Origin: Nemertoderma westbladi
Taxonomy: Eukaryota; Animalia; Xenacoelomorpha
Length of the DNA: 64,000 bases
Reading direction: 5' to 3'
NCBI GenBank assembly: GCA_032718475.1
Contig: JAUCBJ010007122.1
Span: forward strand, 1-64,000
In this document: positions 12,706 through 24,756 of the stretch, in pieces
Numbering within the stretch: the first letter of the stretch is position 1
Layout of the letters: every line of letters begins with the position of its first letter
Made by a program: the position numbers and the translations under genes
Notes under the pieces: generated by a model
What the model was told of the DNA's origin: nothing
The model's database searches: none
Seen by the model: only the letters and a program-made list of their open reading frames with translations

Positions 12706-15170
12706 CTTGTCATCGTGTTAAACCATCACCATTTTCCAAATAAGTTTCATCATCTTTCATTTCATCTATCGATTCATTGGTAATTTGACTCAAAGTGGTT
12801 ACTCTATATCCACAAATAAGTTGAGATGGACTTATTGGAATAGTATCGTCTGCTCCGGAATGTACATAGGTCAATGGACGGTCATTAATTAAAGCTTCAA
12901 TTTCTGTTAAAACGGTTTGCAATTCATCACGAGTTATAAGATTACAACCAAGAACTTTCTTTAAAGTTGTCTTTGTAATCCCAATGAGTCTTCCCCAAAA
13001 TCCACCAAACCAGGGGGCGCCAACTGGGATGAATTGCCAGTCAATTTTCATTCTTAAGAGGAACGATTTAATCCTATTATGGCCATGAAGTTCCGCTAAG
13101 ATATTGCTAGATGCTATGAAAGTGGAAGAATTATCGCTTATCATTCGTTTCGGGGTGCCACGACGGCTTATGAATCTACGAAATGCAAACAGAAAGCTCT
13201 CTGCTGAATTATCGTTTACTAGTTCTAAGTGTACTGCACGAGTTGTAGGGCACGTAAATAATGCAATGTAGACCTTATATTTTTCATCAGTATCGCGGAC
13301 GAATAGGTGGCCGGTATAATCAACTCCACAAATTGTAAATGGACGTGATGTTTCTAAACGATACTTAGGAAGAGGAGGAAGGATTGGAGGTATATAGGGG
13401 CTTCCTTGTACCTTCCTGCATGGTACACAATGACGAATAACTGATCCAACACGTTGTCGGATACGTGGTATCCAATACCGTTGTCTTATATCAACAATAG
13501 TTTCTGCAACACGTGCATGTAATCTGGAATGTGAATCGGAAATAATAAGTTCGGTTAGGAAATGTTTCGATGGAAGTAAAATCGGTAGTTCACACTCCCA
13601 AGGCAATGAGGAATATGTTATACGTCCACTGCAACGTATAATAGTATTTACTAAACAGAGATTAAGTTGTCTGACTAAGTGCGGTATTGGTCCTCTCTTG
13701 GTCTCGAGATATGAATACTCCTTTGAGTATGTTTCTCGCTGAGCATTTCGAATTAATTTCAATTCAGTGCTTACGATATCGCTTACTTGTAACGAAGGTA
13801 TATCTTTCGGAAAATTATTTGGAAATTTATCAGATGATTTTTCACCACTCTTACTACGCCTTTTAATAGAAGATTTCACCTTTCGGATAAACTTTAACAC
13901 ATAAGAAAGAATATTTACATAAGAACGATAGTTATTCTTAACTAGTAGGGCTTGGAAATTTACAGTCTCATCACCAAGGCTTGTTGTTACAGTTGTAATC
14001 AAGGTTGAATCACGCATTGACTCTTCAGCACAATAACATTTGGAATTACTAATGACGGATTGGTCAGGCCAGGAATCATGGTTTGTTAACCAATCAGGTC
14101 CCTTTCTCCATAAAGTTGAGTTCAGCAGTATTTTCGCTGAGACTCCACGAGACAGAAGATCGCTAGGATTGTCATCCGTAGGTAAATGATAAAAATTCCC
14201 ATTGGGAAGCAGTTTATTTACTGCATTCACTCGACTGCGCACATATTGACTATTTATATCTACTTTATTTAGCCACGTTAGAGCAATAGTACTATCTGAC
14301 CACAAACACAGTTTATTTACAATGACATTATTTGCATAAGAATTTTTGCAGTATAACATCAATCTGGCACCTACAGTTATCGCTGTAAGTTCAAGTTGGG
14401 GCAATGTCGGTGACCTTTTACTCACAATTTTCAAATTGTTAGCTTTATTTTCTTTACAATTTACAGGGGTCACTTTTGCTTTAGCCATTTTTATATTTGA
14501 ATCCGTACTGGATACACAATAAACAACAGCCCCATAGGCTGTAAGTGATGCGTCACAAAAAACGTGTAGATCACAATTATCTCCTACAGGTAAATAACGT
14601 TGCACAGTATAGCTCAGGGATAAATTAATATCGTTAACAATTTTACTCCACTTTGTACACAAATTGTCAGGTAATTTATCATCCCATGCATAATTTTGTT
14701 TCCATAACGATTGAATAAAAATTCTACTAGATATAGTCACTGGGATGATAAAACCGCATGGGTCATACACCGTAGACGAATCGCTAAGTACAGTACGTTT
14801 AGTTATATTAGAATTATCGATAGTTATAACACGATTAGGATACTATAAAATATCTAAATCAATATTCCAAGATAAACCAAAAATACTCGTAATATTATCT
14901 GGTTTTTTAGGTCCAAGTTTGTCACCAGAGATAATTTCTTGTAATTCGATACAATTAGACTGCCATTCCCTCAAAGGAAAACCACCACTTTCAATAATTT
15001 TGCGACTATTATGATACATATCAATAATTTCGCTAACTGAGTTACTGCCACACATTAAATTGTCAACGTAAAGGTTACGTAATAAAATAGGCACATATTC
15101 TGCTAAATCAGTTTCTGAAAAACTTTCTATGTGATGACGTAATGTAGCGTTTAGTAAAAATGAACTAGAA
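12706..15170 (-). pseudogene. BEL/Pao pol: end of RT, RNase H (Peptidase_A17 region), integrase; truncated
   Basis: NLYVDN, YDPCG, LHVFCDAS..AYGAVVY, WSDSTIAL, NPSDLLSRG, H..H..CVPC, GVDYTG, SDN, and GFWGRL (usual catalytic E replaced by G). Confidence 0.95.
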
Positions 15171-15411
15171 ACTAAAACTTTATTACCAACATATGGTGTA
15201 TAAATTGAACAGGAACATGAAATCAAGTTAATGTAGGTATATGGTAGGAATCACACATATAGAATATTGTAAATATAATGTTATGTAATTGTAAATATAC
15301 GTGTAAAGTGCTATTAGTTGAGTTAAATTAAAAGGGTGGTGCAATGTAATGAAATAAAAGAGAAAATATGTATATATTTTTTTTTTTTTATTAAAATAGA
15401 TATCGATTCAG

Positions 15412-18219
15412 TTAAAAGTCGTTTAGGGCGTAAAGGAACAGGGAACGTTTAAATGTTGTTGAGAGAGTTGGGATGCCAGTACAACTGAGGCCGTGGTCCT
15501 TGTCTGTCGCCGGACCGTCGCAGAGACGGCAGATACATGTGGGCGTCGGTCTCCAGCACCCTTTGCTGCGGCATAGCTTGTGGTGCGAGCCGTTAGAAAT
15601 GAATTGGGCTGCCGCACGGCGTCTGTAGCCGGTGAGTTCGAGGAGGGAGAGCTCGCCGTTCTCTGAAGGGTGATCGACCGCGTTTAGTATTGCCGTGGTG
15701 GAGGCGTATTTACTTACCCCACACCACAGTTTCCAATAGAATGCTCGAACCGCTACGACATGGTTCAGTGAGTCAGCATTCGATGGAACTACGCCGAAGA
15801 CCGCGCAGCCGTAGGTCGTCGCTGGTAGAATAACGAGCTTCCATAGACGCTGGGCTGTTGTCATGGAGATCAACTTGAAATTGACCTTAGTTGCCAATCG
15901 CATACAGGCTGATATCCCACGCTTGTGTAGGTGTTTGTAGTGACCTGTGGCGCAGTTCTTTGTCGTGAGGACAACCCCGAGGTACTCGAAGGAGTTGACG
16001 AACTCCAGGGGGGATCCATCGTAGACTAGGACGTCGGTTCTGCAGAGGCGGCCACCACGGCGGAATTTCATCGCCTTCGTTTTCGCCTTATTGACGACGA
16101 GGTCATTTTCTTTGCAGTATGCCAGGCGGTACTCTAGGCTGGTTTGAACCTCGGTGATCGTGTTACCGGTAATGGCGACGTCGTCCGCGTACATATATAA
16201 ACAGCAGCCTGCAGCTAATATAACGGCAGGGAGGTCGGAAACAAATAGGCTGAAGAGTAGGGGGGAAAGTTTATCACCCTGGATTACGCCAATCGTTTGA
16301 GTTATGGGCTCAATTAAATATATCCCCAGGCATATACAGACAAAGTTGCATGCGATTATAGCCCATATTGCTGCTATAAAAGTACGACTAAGACCCAGTA
16401 TTGAGAGGTTAAGACAGAGTTTCCTTCGGTTGATAGAGTCAAATGCCTTTGAGAAGTCCACGAATACGCAGTAAACGTGACCACGTGGTAAACTCAACGC
16501 ACACCGGATATGTGCGTGGAGTTGCATAGCGGCCTGTATGGTTGATTTCCCCTTCCGGAAGCCGAACTGACATACCGGTAGGACTCCGCTAATTTCCGCC
16601 CAGCTGTATAGTCTGTTAAAGAGTATAGACGTGTACGTCTTTAGTAGACATGATAGGAGCGCGACTCCGCGATACGAATTCGGGGACGACTTTGGCCCCT
16701 TACCTTTGTAGAGTGGAAGGAGATATGATGTTAACCAGCCACCTGGGCACTTCGCCGCTGTGAAACACGTGGAGAAAAGCGCAAGGAGGGATGGTAATAG
16801 TAGGGGGAGACCGAGTTTTAATGATTCGTTTGAGATCCCGTCGGGGCCCGCCGCTTTGTGGTTCTTGTTTCCATTGACGGATGAAGTGACCTCGGCTGCA
16901 TCTATTGGGCGGTCGAGTTCCGGAACAGGTTGATCAGGAAGGTCGGGTAGCTGGGTATCAACATCTCTGTTCAGTAGGTTGTCAAAGTGAGTTGCCCAGT
17001 CCTCTGCTGCAACCTGTTGGGGTGCAGAGTTCTCGCGTTTACCCTTTGTTATATTCCAGAACTCTGTTATATCAGCCTCACAACGGTCTATTAATTTTTG
17101 TTCTTGCTGGGCCTCATATATCCTCTTCTTAGAATGTAAAAGAGTTTTATATGTATACGTTAGCTCGGAATATTCGAGGCGAGTTATATCGCTTGGCTGT
17201 GAGCGGACTGCGGCGTGGCTCGCATTAACAGCTTGTTGTAAATCATAACATTCTTTTGTGAACCAAGGTTTAGATTTTCTCTGTTGGCGGGGGACGGATG
17301 CAGCTTGTAGGGCGTCGGTGATGTAGTCGCATGCGCTGTTTATATCCCGGATCGTTTCAATCTGGAACTCGCCAATGTCCCTAGAAAGATTGGTTTCAAG
17401 GATAACCATGTCGACATCGTTAATCCTTGGGGTTCGCTTGTTCCTGGTTGATAGGGGGGGAGTTATCGATAGATTAATAAGTACCCGCTGGTGTTTGCAG
17501 TTTACGGTTGGTTTAACAGAAACATCGACGAGGTCAAGAAGAGGGGTGTCAACGAACACGAGGTCAATGACACTCTGGCCATTCCAGCATAGGTAGGTAG
17601 GTACCGTAGCATCTGTCACACAGGACAGACCTGTACCCAGTAAGCCATCACATAGGAGGTCACCCCGGGTACTGTCTCCATCGAGGCGACAGTTAAAGTC
17701 CCCAGCAAGCAGCAGCGGAGCAGCGGAACGCGCACGTATATCGTTGATGACATTAATGAGATCCAGTAATATATCAGTTACATCTGTTTCTGGTATATAG
17801 TATGCGGATATTATTTCGAGTCCTGGGAGGGAAGCCGCAATTATATTCTCGCTTTTATGGTGACAGTTTGTATTCCCACCGTTTCGTGTATTGGTCGCTA
17901 TTGTTAATCCACCATGTGGCCTGCCAGCGTTCCCCTTCACACAGGGAACATTGGCGCAAGTAAAGGAGGGAATATCAAGATCCTCGTCTAGGGTTTCAGT
18001 TAGGAGAAGGATGTCAGTTGTACAAAATGTGTCATCACATGTAGTTTCTATTGTACTTTTCGCTCCTTCCACATTCCAAAGAACAATGGAGGTCCCCGTT
18101 TCATTGTCAGCGATAGTAGAGGGCCCCCACGCCTCATTGAAAGGCAGTTCCTCAAACAGTGTTAAAGTCTGTGATATTTGGAATCTATTACAATGTCGTT
18201 CATGTTTCCTAAGGCTCAT
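15412..18219 (-). CDS. LINE ORF2, intact 935 aa: apurinic-like endonuclease + RT + C-terminal Cys/His knuckle (clade uncertain)
   Basis: WNVEG, LLTET, AGDFN, SVIDLVF, KAAGPDGI, FVDFSKAFDS, QGDKLSP, YADD, YLG, CRLC..H..C. Preceded by a TAATG stop/start overlap with an ORF1 remnant. Confidence 0.92.
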   Translation of the reverse strand: MSLRKHERHCNRFQISQTLTLFEELPFNEAWGPSTIADNETGTSIVLWNVEGAKSTIETTCDDTFCTTDILLLTETLDEDLDIPSFTCANVPCVKGNAGRPHGGLTIATNTRNGGNTNCHHKSENIIAASLPGLEIISAYYIPETDVTDILLDLINVINDIRARSAAPLLLAGDFNCRLDGDSTRGDLLCDGLLGTGLSCVTDATVPTYLCWNGQSVIDLVFVDTPLLDLVDVSVKPTVNCKHQRVLINLSITPPLSTRNKRTPRINDVDMVILETNLSRDIGEFQIETIRDINSACDYITDALQAASVPRQQRKSKPWFTKECYDLQQAVNASHAAVRSQPSDITRLEYSELTYTYKTLLHSKKRIYEAQQEQKLIDRCEADITEFWNITKGKRENSAPQQVAAEDWATHFDNLLNRDVDTQLPDLPDQPVPELDRPIDAAEVTSSVNGNKNHKAAGPDGISNESLKLGLPLLLPSLLALFSTCFTAAKCPGGWLTSYLLPLYKGKGPKSSPNSYRGVALLSCLLKTYTSILFNRLYSWAEISGVLPVCQFGFRKGKSTIQAAMQLHAHIRCALSLPRGHVYCVFVDFSKAFDSINRRKLCLNLSILGLSRTFIAAIWAIIACNFVCICLGIYLIEPITQTIGVIQGDKLSPLLFSLFVSDLPAVILAAGCCLYMYADDVAITGNTITEVQTSLEYRLAYCKENDLVVNKAKTKAMKFRRGGRLCRTDVLVYDGSPLEFVNSFEYLGVVLTTKNCATGHYKHLHKRGISACMRLATKVNFKLISMTTAQRLWKLVILPATTYGCAVFGVVPSNADSLNHVVAVRAFYWKLWCGVSKYASTTAILNAVDHPSENGELSLLELTGYRRRAAAQFISNGSHHKLCRSKGCWRPTPTCICRLCDGPATDKDHGLSCTGIPTLSTTFKRSLFLYALNDF

Positions 18220-18402
18220 TAGGTACCGGTACGGCTTGTTGCAGCCTCTACAAAAGGTTGGTGAAGTCCGTTGGACCGAAGTGAGTGGAACTCTGTTCGG
18301 AAGGCTTTGCCCGTCATCTAGTCAGACAGCCTGCCCGGGTACCTCTAGCGCATGCGACGGTGTCCTCAGGGTAAGCGGTTGCTGTTGCGGCTTGAGCTTG
18401 AG

Positions 18403-20102
18403 CCCAGTTAAACATGAGTATGTGTTTCATATATGGTTGCCATAAATAATTCGACATGTGATACATATATGTAAATGTTACAGTGTTGTCAAATGTGATC
18501 CATATGTGGAATGTTCACATGTGATACACATATGTTTTTTATGTGACAAGTGCGACAAAAAGAGTAAAAATTTAAACTGAGACCGACCAATCGGTGTGGT
18601 CTGCATTTCCTATAGAGAGGTGGGGCGGGGGGGGGGGGGGGGGTGGGGGTAGCCTACCTCAGTACCATTATCCTATCCAATCCCTACACCCTATCCTACG
18701 GCCCTACACCTACCCTATACATTTAGAGAAGGAAGCATCGGAGTATATATGACAATATTTAATCCATAGTGATATGAGAGTATCCTTAATAGATTTTGGT
18801 GATGATCCGTAAATTCGTATTCTATTAGTTAGATTTAATTAAGTTATCTAATTTCCAGCTATAATAGATTATTCATTTTGATAAATCTTCGAAAATTAAT
18901 TAATTCTAAGATCATATAATTGCTCATATGATATTTTATATCTAATTTTAAGACATCTTTTCCCTACAACATATATATACCACATATGAAACATATGTTC
19001 AATTTTTTAACGGGATAAGAACTGCAATAGGCCTGCCTACCTTACGGATGGTATAGTGCAAGTATGTTATCTGTCTATGTCTGTACCCCTTACTGATACT
19101 TAGCAGCGCAGATGACAATGCACAACCACAACCTGACAAGTGAAAACCACCATACAGCCATACATATGTTTGTCTAATTCTGTTAATACAGCACTGTACA
19201 ATGCAAATGCACAGCACAATGTGCATAGTGCAAGGCAGAAAGCAGGCAAGTCACACACTGCATCACTGAACAATTGAGTGGACTATGATAAGCGGTAGGC
19301 TTATGCAACGCATTATGCTGTTATGGGTAAAATATAAAATAATTTGCGATTCACTAGCTAAACTGCAAGCGACACGACGTGGTTAAGAAGAAAGATTGCA
19401 GGATCAGACTATGAAATGCCTATCATTTTAAGAATGTGTCCCACCACCAGCCCTCAAATGCAATAAACAAAACAATTGGACGATCGACTATGGTTACTTC
19501 AATTTAGTGTCCATACAGCCTTCACAGATCATTTAAACCTTATAGCAGGCCTATGTATTGATTATACATTATATGGTTAAATAGCCGGTACTTTGAAAAT
19601 ACAGTATAACAAAAAATATAGATTCAACGTATTATACTGCTGATTAAAACGATATTTGTTCTTAATGCAAAAAGCTGAGTAGTGACATCAACAAATTCCG
19701 CATCCCCCCTCGCTATTCTTTTCTGTACATGTATTACTGTAAGGCCTGTATTACCATAAGGCAAACATGTGTGCAACATATAAAATCCATGAACTGGATT
19801 ACACAATTACGAATTGAATAGTTTATGGATTTAAATTTAACTCGGAGTCTTGGCTATGGCTATTTCACATATGCTCGACATATATTATTCACATGCGCAT
19901 TCTCACACATTTATTTATGATAAATTCATATGTGCAACATATAAATACCATAAATGGCGATACACACATTCTAAGTGTATGTATCACCGCATGCGTGACA
20001 TGTATTATTCATACATGAGCATAAAAACCCAATTTCCAGACACACCTATTCCATACAACATATATATACCACATATGAAACATAAGTTCATGTTTAACTG
20101 GG
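18403..20102. mobile_element. Non-autonomous TIR DNA transposon, likely EnSpm/CMC-type
   Basis: TIR CCCAGTTAAACATGA.. / ..TCATGTTTAACTGGG (~35 bp, imperfect). 2-bp TSD AG (18401-18402, 20103-20104). Subterminal CACATGTG/CATATG repeats. Confidence 0.8.
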
Positions 20103-20149
20103 AGGTTCGCTCTGTCTTTCGGGCCGAGGTAATGACGTCATAATCGTCT

Positions 20150-22334
20150 AAATGAACTAGAAGTAGCACCGAAAAGAACAACTTTGAAACAATATATTTG
20201 TGATGCACTATTAATATCAGTTGGGTTTTTAAACCATAAAAATCGGAGTGCATCCCTATCAATAGTATGGAGTCTAATTTGCAAAAAAAGCTTTTTCTAT
20301 ATCGGACAGTGCTACAAATTTATATAAACGAAAACGCAATAATAAATTTCCCATTTCATGGTTAAGGTTTGGACCAGAATGTAAACAATCATTAAGGCTA
20401 GGGCTATTTCTACTACCTCTAGCTGAACAATCAAAAACTACACGAATGGGTGTCGTCGAAGACTGCGGTTTAGCAATCGAATGATGTGCTAAACAGTGTA
20501 CAATATGTTCAGGGGGTTGATCGGGTTCAACTGTTTCAATAAACCCTCGGCTTAATTGGTCTAAGATGATTTGCCCGTAGTTAAGTAATAGGTTGGGTTT
20601 GTCTGATAAGCGTGACAGGAGACTATCCAACCGCCGTTTAGCGAGATTATAATTAGTTGGAAGCATGGGATGTTCGTGTTTCCATGGTAACCTTGCATGG
20701 TATTTGCCGTTTTCGAATTTGATACCATTCTGGAACTCCTGAAGAATAGCATCCTCCGAGTCATCTATATTCTCGTATTGGATTCCAATTGAATCCAATG
20801 ACCATAGTTTCTTAATTAAATCGTCGACGCTGTCTTCGTATGCTCCGTCATTGGAGTCGATTAATAACGTGGAAATGGCGTTGTAATTATCTGAATCCCC
20901 GTTAGGTTCAATTTTACCGGCAAACAGATTACCAAATAAGGAAGGAATAATATACAGTCCGCCAATCGTTTCACCAATTGGAATAAAGTTAAAGCATTGG
21001 TCTGACCCGATTAGTAGTGAGAAATTCGTAAGGGTTATTCGTAGTTTTATGAAAATGTAATGCCGTATGATGACGGCGATTGCATGATCGGCATCGTTCG
21101 GAACTCCGACATTTAAAAGCTGTATGCTTTGGTCGGAGACAATTTGTACACAAACCCAATTCGTGAGGACGTTGGTTCCGACTTTCAGCCGTAATATATT
21201 TATCGCAATTAATAACGGGATGTTTACCTTTACATAAATAACAATTCCACCTGGAAACGTTTCCCCCGGTGGCGAATGAACCAACAGTTCCTTCGGGTTT
21301 GGTTATACCATAATCACTAGATTGATTATCATTAAACGATTTAAAATGTTTACTTTTGTCATTCGATTTCAATCCATTCTGTCCCGATTTTAATGTGGGT
21401 AGTTTGGCCTCCTTCTCGAGTGCTTTCAACTGTTCGATTTCTTCTTGTAACGCTACCCGTAGTTCCGGAAGATTCCATGTAGTTACCTTAGATGCGCGAT
21501 TAATGTTACTACGAACTATGGCTGGTAGTTTTCTGAGGATTATTGCTGCGTATACATAACCGGAATGTTCGATATCGTTATTCAAATTCTGAATACCTCT
21601 TATATGAGCCTCGTATTTTGCTCGAAATGAGGATAAATCGGTCGATGTTGCAGCGGGTTTCTCCAAATCAAAGATTGCATGCATACGTGCCTGCAGAATC
21701 AGATGCGGTTTACCATATGTATCCTTTAGCAACACAATCGCTTCCTCGTAATCCTCATCGGTTAGTTGAAATTCCGAAATTATTGCAAGGCTTCTCCCTT
21801 CAGTTGGACCTTTAAATAATCGAATTTATTTCCTCCGGATAAATTGGGTCGGTTGTGGACTGAATTCTGAAAACGGTCCCAAAAGTTGGGCCATTCTAAT
21901 GCGGTGCCATCAAACAATGGAAGTTTTAGTTGTGGAAGTTTCTGGTGGAACTCCATACCGTTGCCAAGATTGGCTGAAAAACCCGTTGTATTTGCAGCCG
22001 ACGTATTGAAATTGACGTTGGATGAGGAGACGTGCATTCGACCTTCCACACGTTGTAGGATGTCGCAAATGTCTCCCATAAAATCCGAGGCTACGGCTAG
22101 CTCGCGTTCCAAATCCGATTCGGTATCGGTATCGATTAGAAGTTCTATTTCCTCGTCAAGTTTCCCTAATTTAGCACGTTGTGCACATAATTGCATATAC
22201 CTTTTGGATAGGCCTACCGCTACCGGTACCTGAGCATCAGGTCTGATAAGCTCCTCGATTTCGTTAATCAGTCGCCTCGCCAAGCCACGGTGGCCTTTTC
22301 GGCGTTGATGTAGCGATTCCCACGTATCCGACAT
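20150..22334 (-). pseudogene. BEL/Pao gag-pol 5' part: gag, triple CCHC knuckle, deleted protease, RT N-terminus; frameshifted
   Basis: DUF1759-like gag, CYLCKGKH..C, CTNCLRPKH..C, CRSCNRRHHTALH, LLIGSD, LPWK, RVVFDCS, SLNDCLHSGPNL, DIEKAF, LRFLW. Confidence 0.95.
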
Positions 22335-22355
22335 CGAATTAGTGATGCTTTCACT

Positions 22356-22373
22356 ATCCGGGTCCAGGCACCA
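22356..22373 (-). promoter_or_regulatory. Primer-binding site, tRNA-His-like
   Basis: TGGTGCCTGGACCCGGAT lies 3 nt after the LTR end and resembles the complement of the tRNA-His 3' end (TGGTGCCGTGACTCGGAT). Confidence 0.7.
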
Positions 22374-22376
22374 AAA

Positions 22377-23083
22377 TGTCGATGAATGGGGGCATTTACG
22401 GTAATGTCTTGAGGAATGTTAATCCCATGTTTTGCGTTGTGTTTCGTTGGGAAAAGAAATGTTAATTCTCTTCATAGTCATATAAAACGTACATTTAAAA
22501 TAGTAAGAGGTAGTAATTAACATTGAAGAAGTGCACAGCACACATTGTCAACTGAACGGCAGAAAAAGGCCTATACATACAGCAGAAGAGGTACCGGAAC
22601 TTCCAGTGCACAATTACGGTAGCAACTACAGACTAACTGAATAAGTATGGTATACTTTTACACAATTAAAGTTATACATACAGTATAAATTTTATGACAG
22701 GCATCGGACGGTAATAAAAGTTACCATTCTGCCCTAACTGAACTGACTAAGCTAAGTGAATGAATGAGGAACATCAATGGGTAATATACTGCACTGGGTT
22801 GGCCATATTACTCAGCGGATGCGTGCCCCCCATTGGCTAATAACCTAATTCTCGCCCTCCAATCTCTCTGGGAGTGTTTTCCCCTGCTACCGTCACTCTC
22901 TCTCTCCCGGAGGTGTAACCTCTGACCCCCATTGTGTGTGGCCCTCCTTTGGGGTTTGTCGTCCCCGTTCATTGGGGTGATACGAGGTTGATTGGCAATC
23001 AACCTCGTACTCCTCAATATTGCTTAAAGGCCCCGCTTGCCCAACTTTATGGGGTGGTTAGCGGAATTGGTGGTTCGCTAACA
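22377..23083 (-). repeat. BEL/Pao 5' LTR (~707 bp, TGTT...GACA)
   Basis: TG..CA termini, followed by PBS and gag. Its outer boundary coincides with the truncation point of the adjacent repeat. Confidence 0.85.
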
Positions 23084-24101
23084 GCTGTTAGATAGATAAT
23101 TTAATGCACTATAAGTCTGTGTAAAGAAATCTCCCTTAAGTTAAGTAGTTTTCGAGCTAGACGATTTCCCGCTAAGCGAGTTTGAAGGGCGAAATTTTAT
23201 TTTTGGCCCTCATTTTTTTAATAGCGTCCGCGGAGCAAAACCGATAGCATATTTGAATTCCCCGTATCGATATTGACCGTATAAAATGTACCTTAACCAA
23301 CTAAAGTGAAAAATAAAAAATTATTCGATAAAAACTATTTTTCATATTCTGGCCCTCTTTGGCCCCTATTGTCGACATATTTGTTGTACCCCCACTCGAT
23401 AGGAACGTAGCCCCAATGGTCTTCTACGAGTTTCAAAAAAGAATTAGTGGAATCGTACCCGCGTTGTCAAATTAAACATTTCGGAAATAAAATGTCGAAA
23501 AAAGACAGACAAAAACGTACAAATTTACAGCCCCTTTTTCCACCCGAAATTTTAATAAATCTCTTACCCCCATTCGATACGAAGGTAGACCCACTCCTCA
23601 TCATTGCAACCGCGTCACTTTCGTTCCCGTACGATAAATAGTAGCCGAGTTATTACGGATCCCGCAAAGTCATTTTGTCCGTTTTTTCAACTTTGACGGA
23701 CAATAGACGGAAAACAAGCCCGGAGGCGGGGTATTCCAAGAAGTGGAAACGTCTAATTTACACCCCCTCTTTCGATTCTCGGTGTCTCTGGATGCGTCAA
23801 ATAGAGGTTTTTTAAGAGTCCTAGTGAAAAAAAGACAAAAAAAAACAGACAATTGTCCGTCATGTCCGTCAAAACGATAGATTCGCTAAAAGCTCTGAAG
23901 AATCTTGTTTTTTTGCATTACGCGTCCCCCCTCGAAAAATCAAGAAAATCGTACCTCAGGAAATAGGTCGAATGGGGGGGGGGGGGGGGGGGGGACACCG
24001 TTTTCGCAGTAACTACGCGTCCAGTATGTAGACTGCCCTTTAGACTGCCCTCGCCGCCCCTTTGGAGGGGCGGCGAATTCACCTCACTCAACGCTGCCCT
24101 T
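23084..24101 (+). mobile_element. 3' part of Helentron/HINE-like non-autonomous element (copy 1)
   Basis: Highly similar to 36003-37008. Ends in subTIR CTTTGGAGG and stem-loop GGCGGCG..CGCTGCC. Confidence 0.6.
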
Positions 24102-24716
24102 ACTGAATGTTTTTAAAAAATGTTTCTTCCCACCAAGGTGGGCCCCTCAATAAAGATATACTTTACGAAAGACCACGAGGTAAAGGGAAAAGCGAGGGAA
24201 GGGGTAAGGGAGGAGGAAGAAAGACACTGGTCGAGTGACAGGGAGTGGAGTACAGCTGGACTCGTTATTTTTATATTAATTTTTGTTTTAAACGACATAT
24301 TATTTTCCTCGAAGTGGATCCTTCCCCTTCATAACTCACCAAAATAAATAAACACTACTAGGTCGTTTGTACACGATATGTAGTCAACGAAACATTTCAG
24401 CTCTGAAATTATAATCGTGAATCAATAAGGAGTCTCTGTTATGATCTATATAGAATATACGGTTATTGATACCATTATACTGTAACAATGGATTCTAGAA
24501 TTCATTTATGGGTAAACCCCAGTAGATGTTGAAGTATTAAAAATTACTCCAGAACTATAGTTCGAAGTTCAGCTTTATTCATACCACTCATTGCTTAAAA
24601 GTTTTACGAACGGATGAAGTGGTAGGCATTCACCAGCGGCAGCATAGTGTAAAGATGATAGAAAAATAAAGTATTGAGGGTCTTTAGCTGGTTATATTAT
24701 ATTAGATAAAGATACA

Positions 24717-24756
24717 ATAGTAAACGTTTTCGACCTACCGGTCTGCATCAGACTAT
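24717..24756 (-). ncRNA. Minimal type I hammerhead ribozyme motif (sense pseudo-LTR)
   Basis: ATAGT-CTGATGCA-GACC-GGTA-GGTC-GAAA-ACGT-TT-ACTAT: stem I, core, stem II, GAAA and palindromic stem III. Confidence 0.75.

Larger units (their letters stand above)
15171..20149 (-). mobile_element. 5'-truncated APE-RT non-LTR retrotransposon inserted in BEL RT
   Basis: 13-bp TSD AAATGAACTAGAA at 15158-15170 and 20150-20162 splits the BEL RT motif FGATSSSF|LLNATL. AATAAA and an A-run at 15377-15392. Confidence 0.9.

Noticed and set aside
23447-23852. Short ORFs repeated at 36366-36886
   Set aside because: They lie within a non-coding interspersed repeat, and frames differ between the copies.
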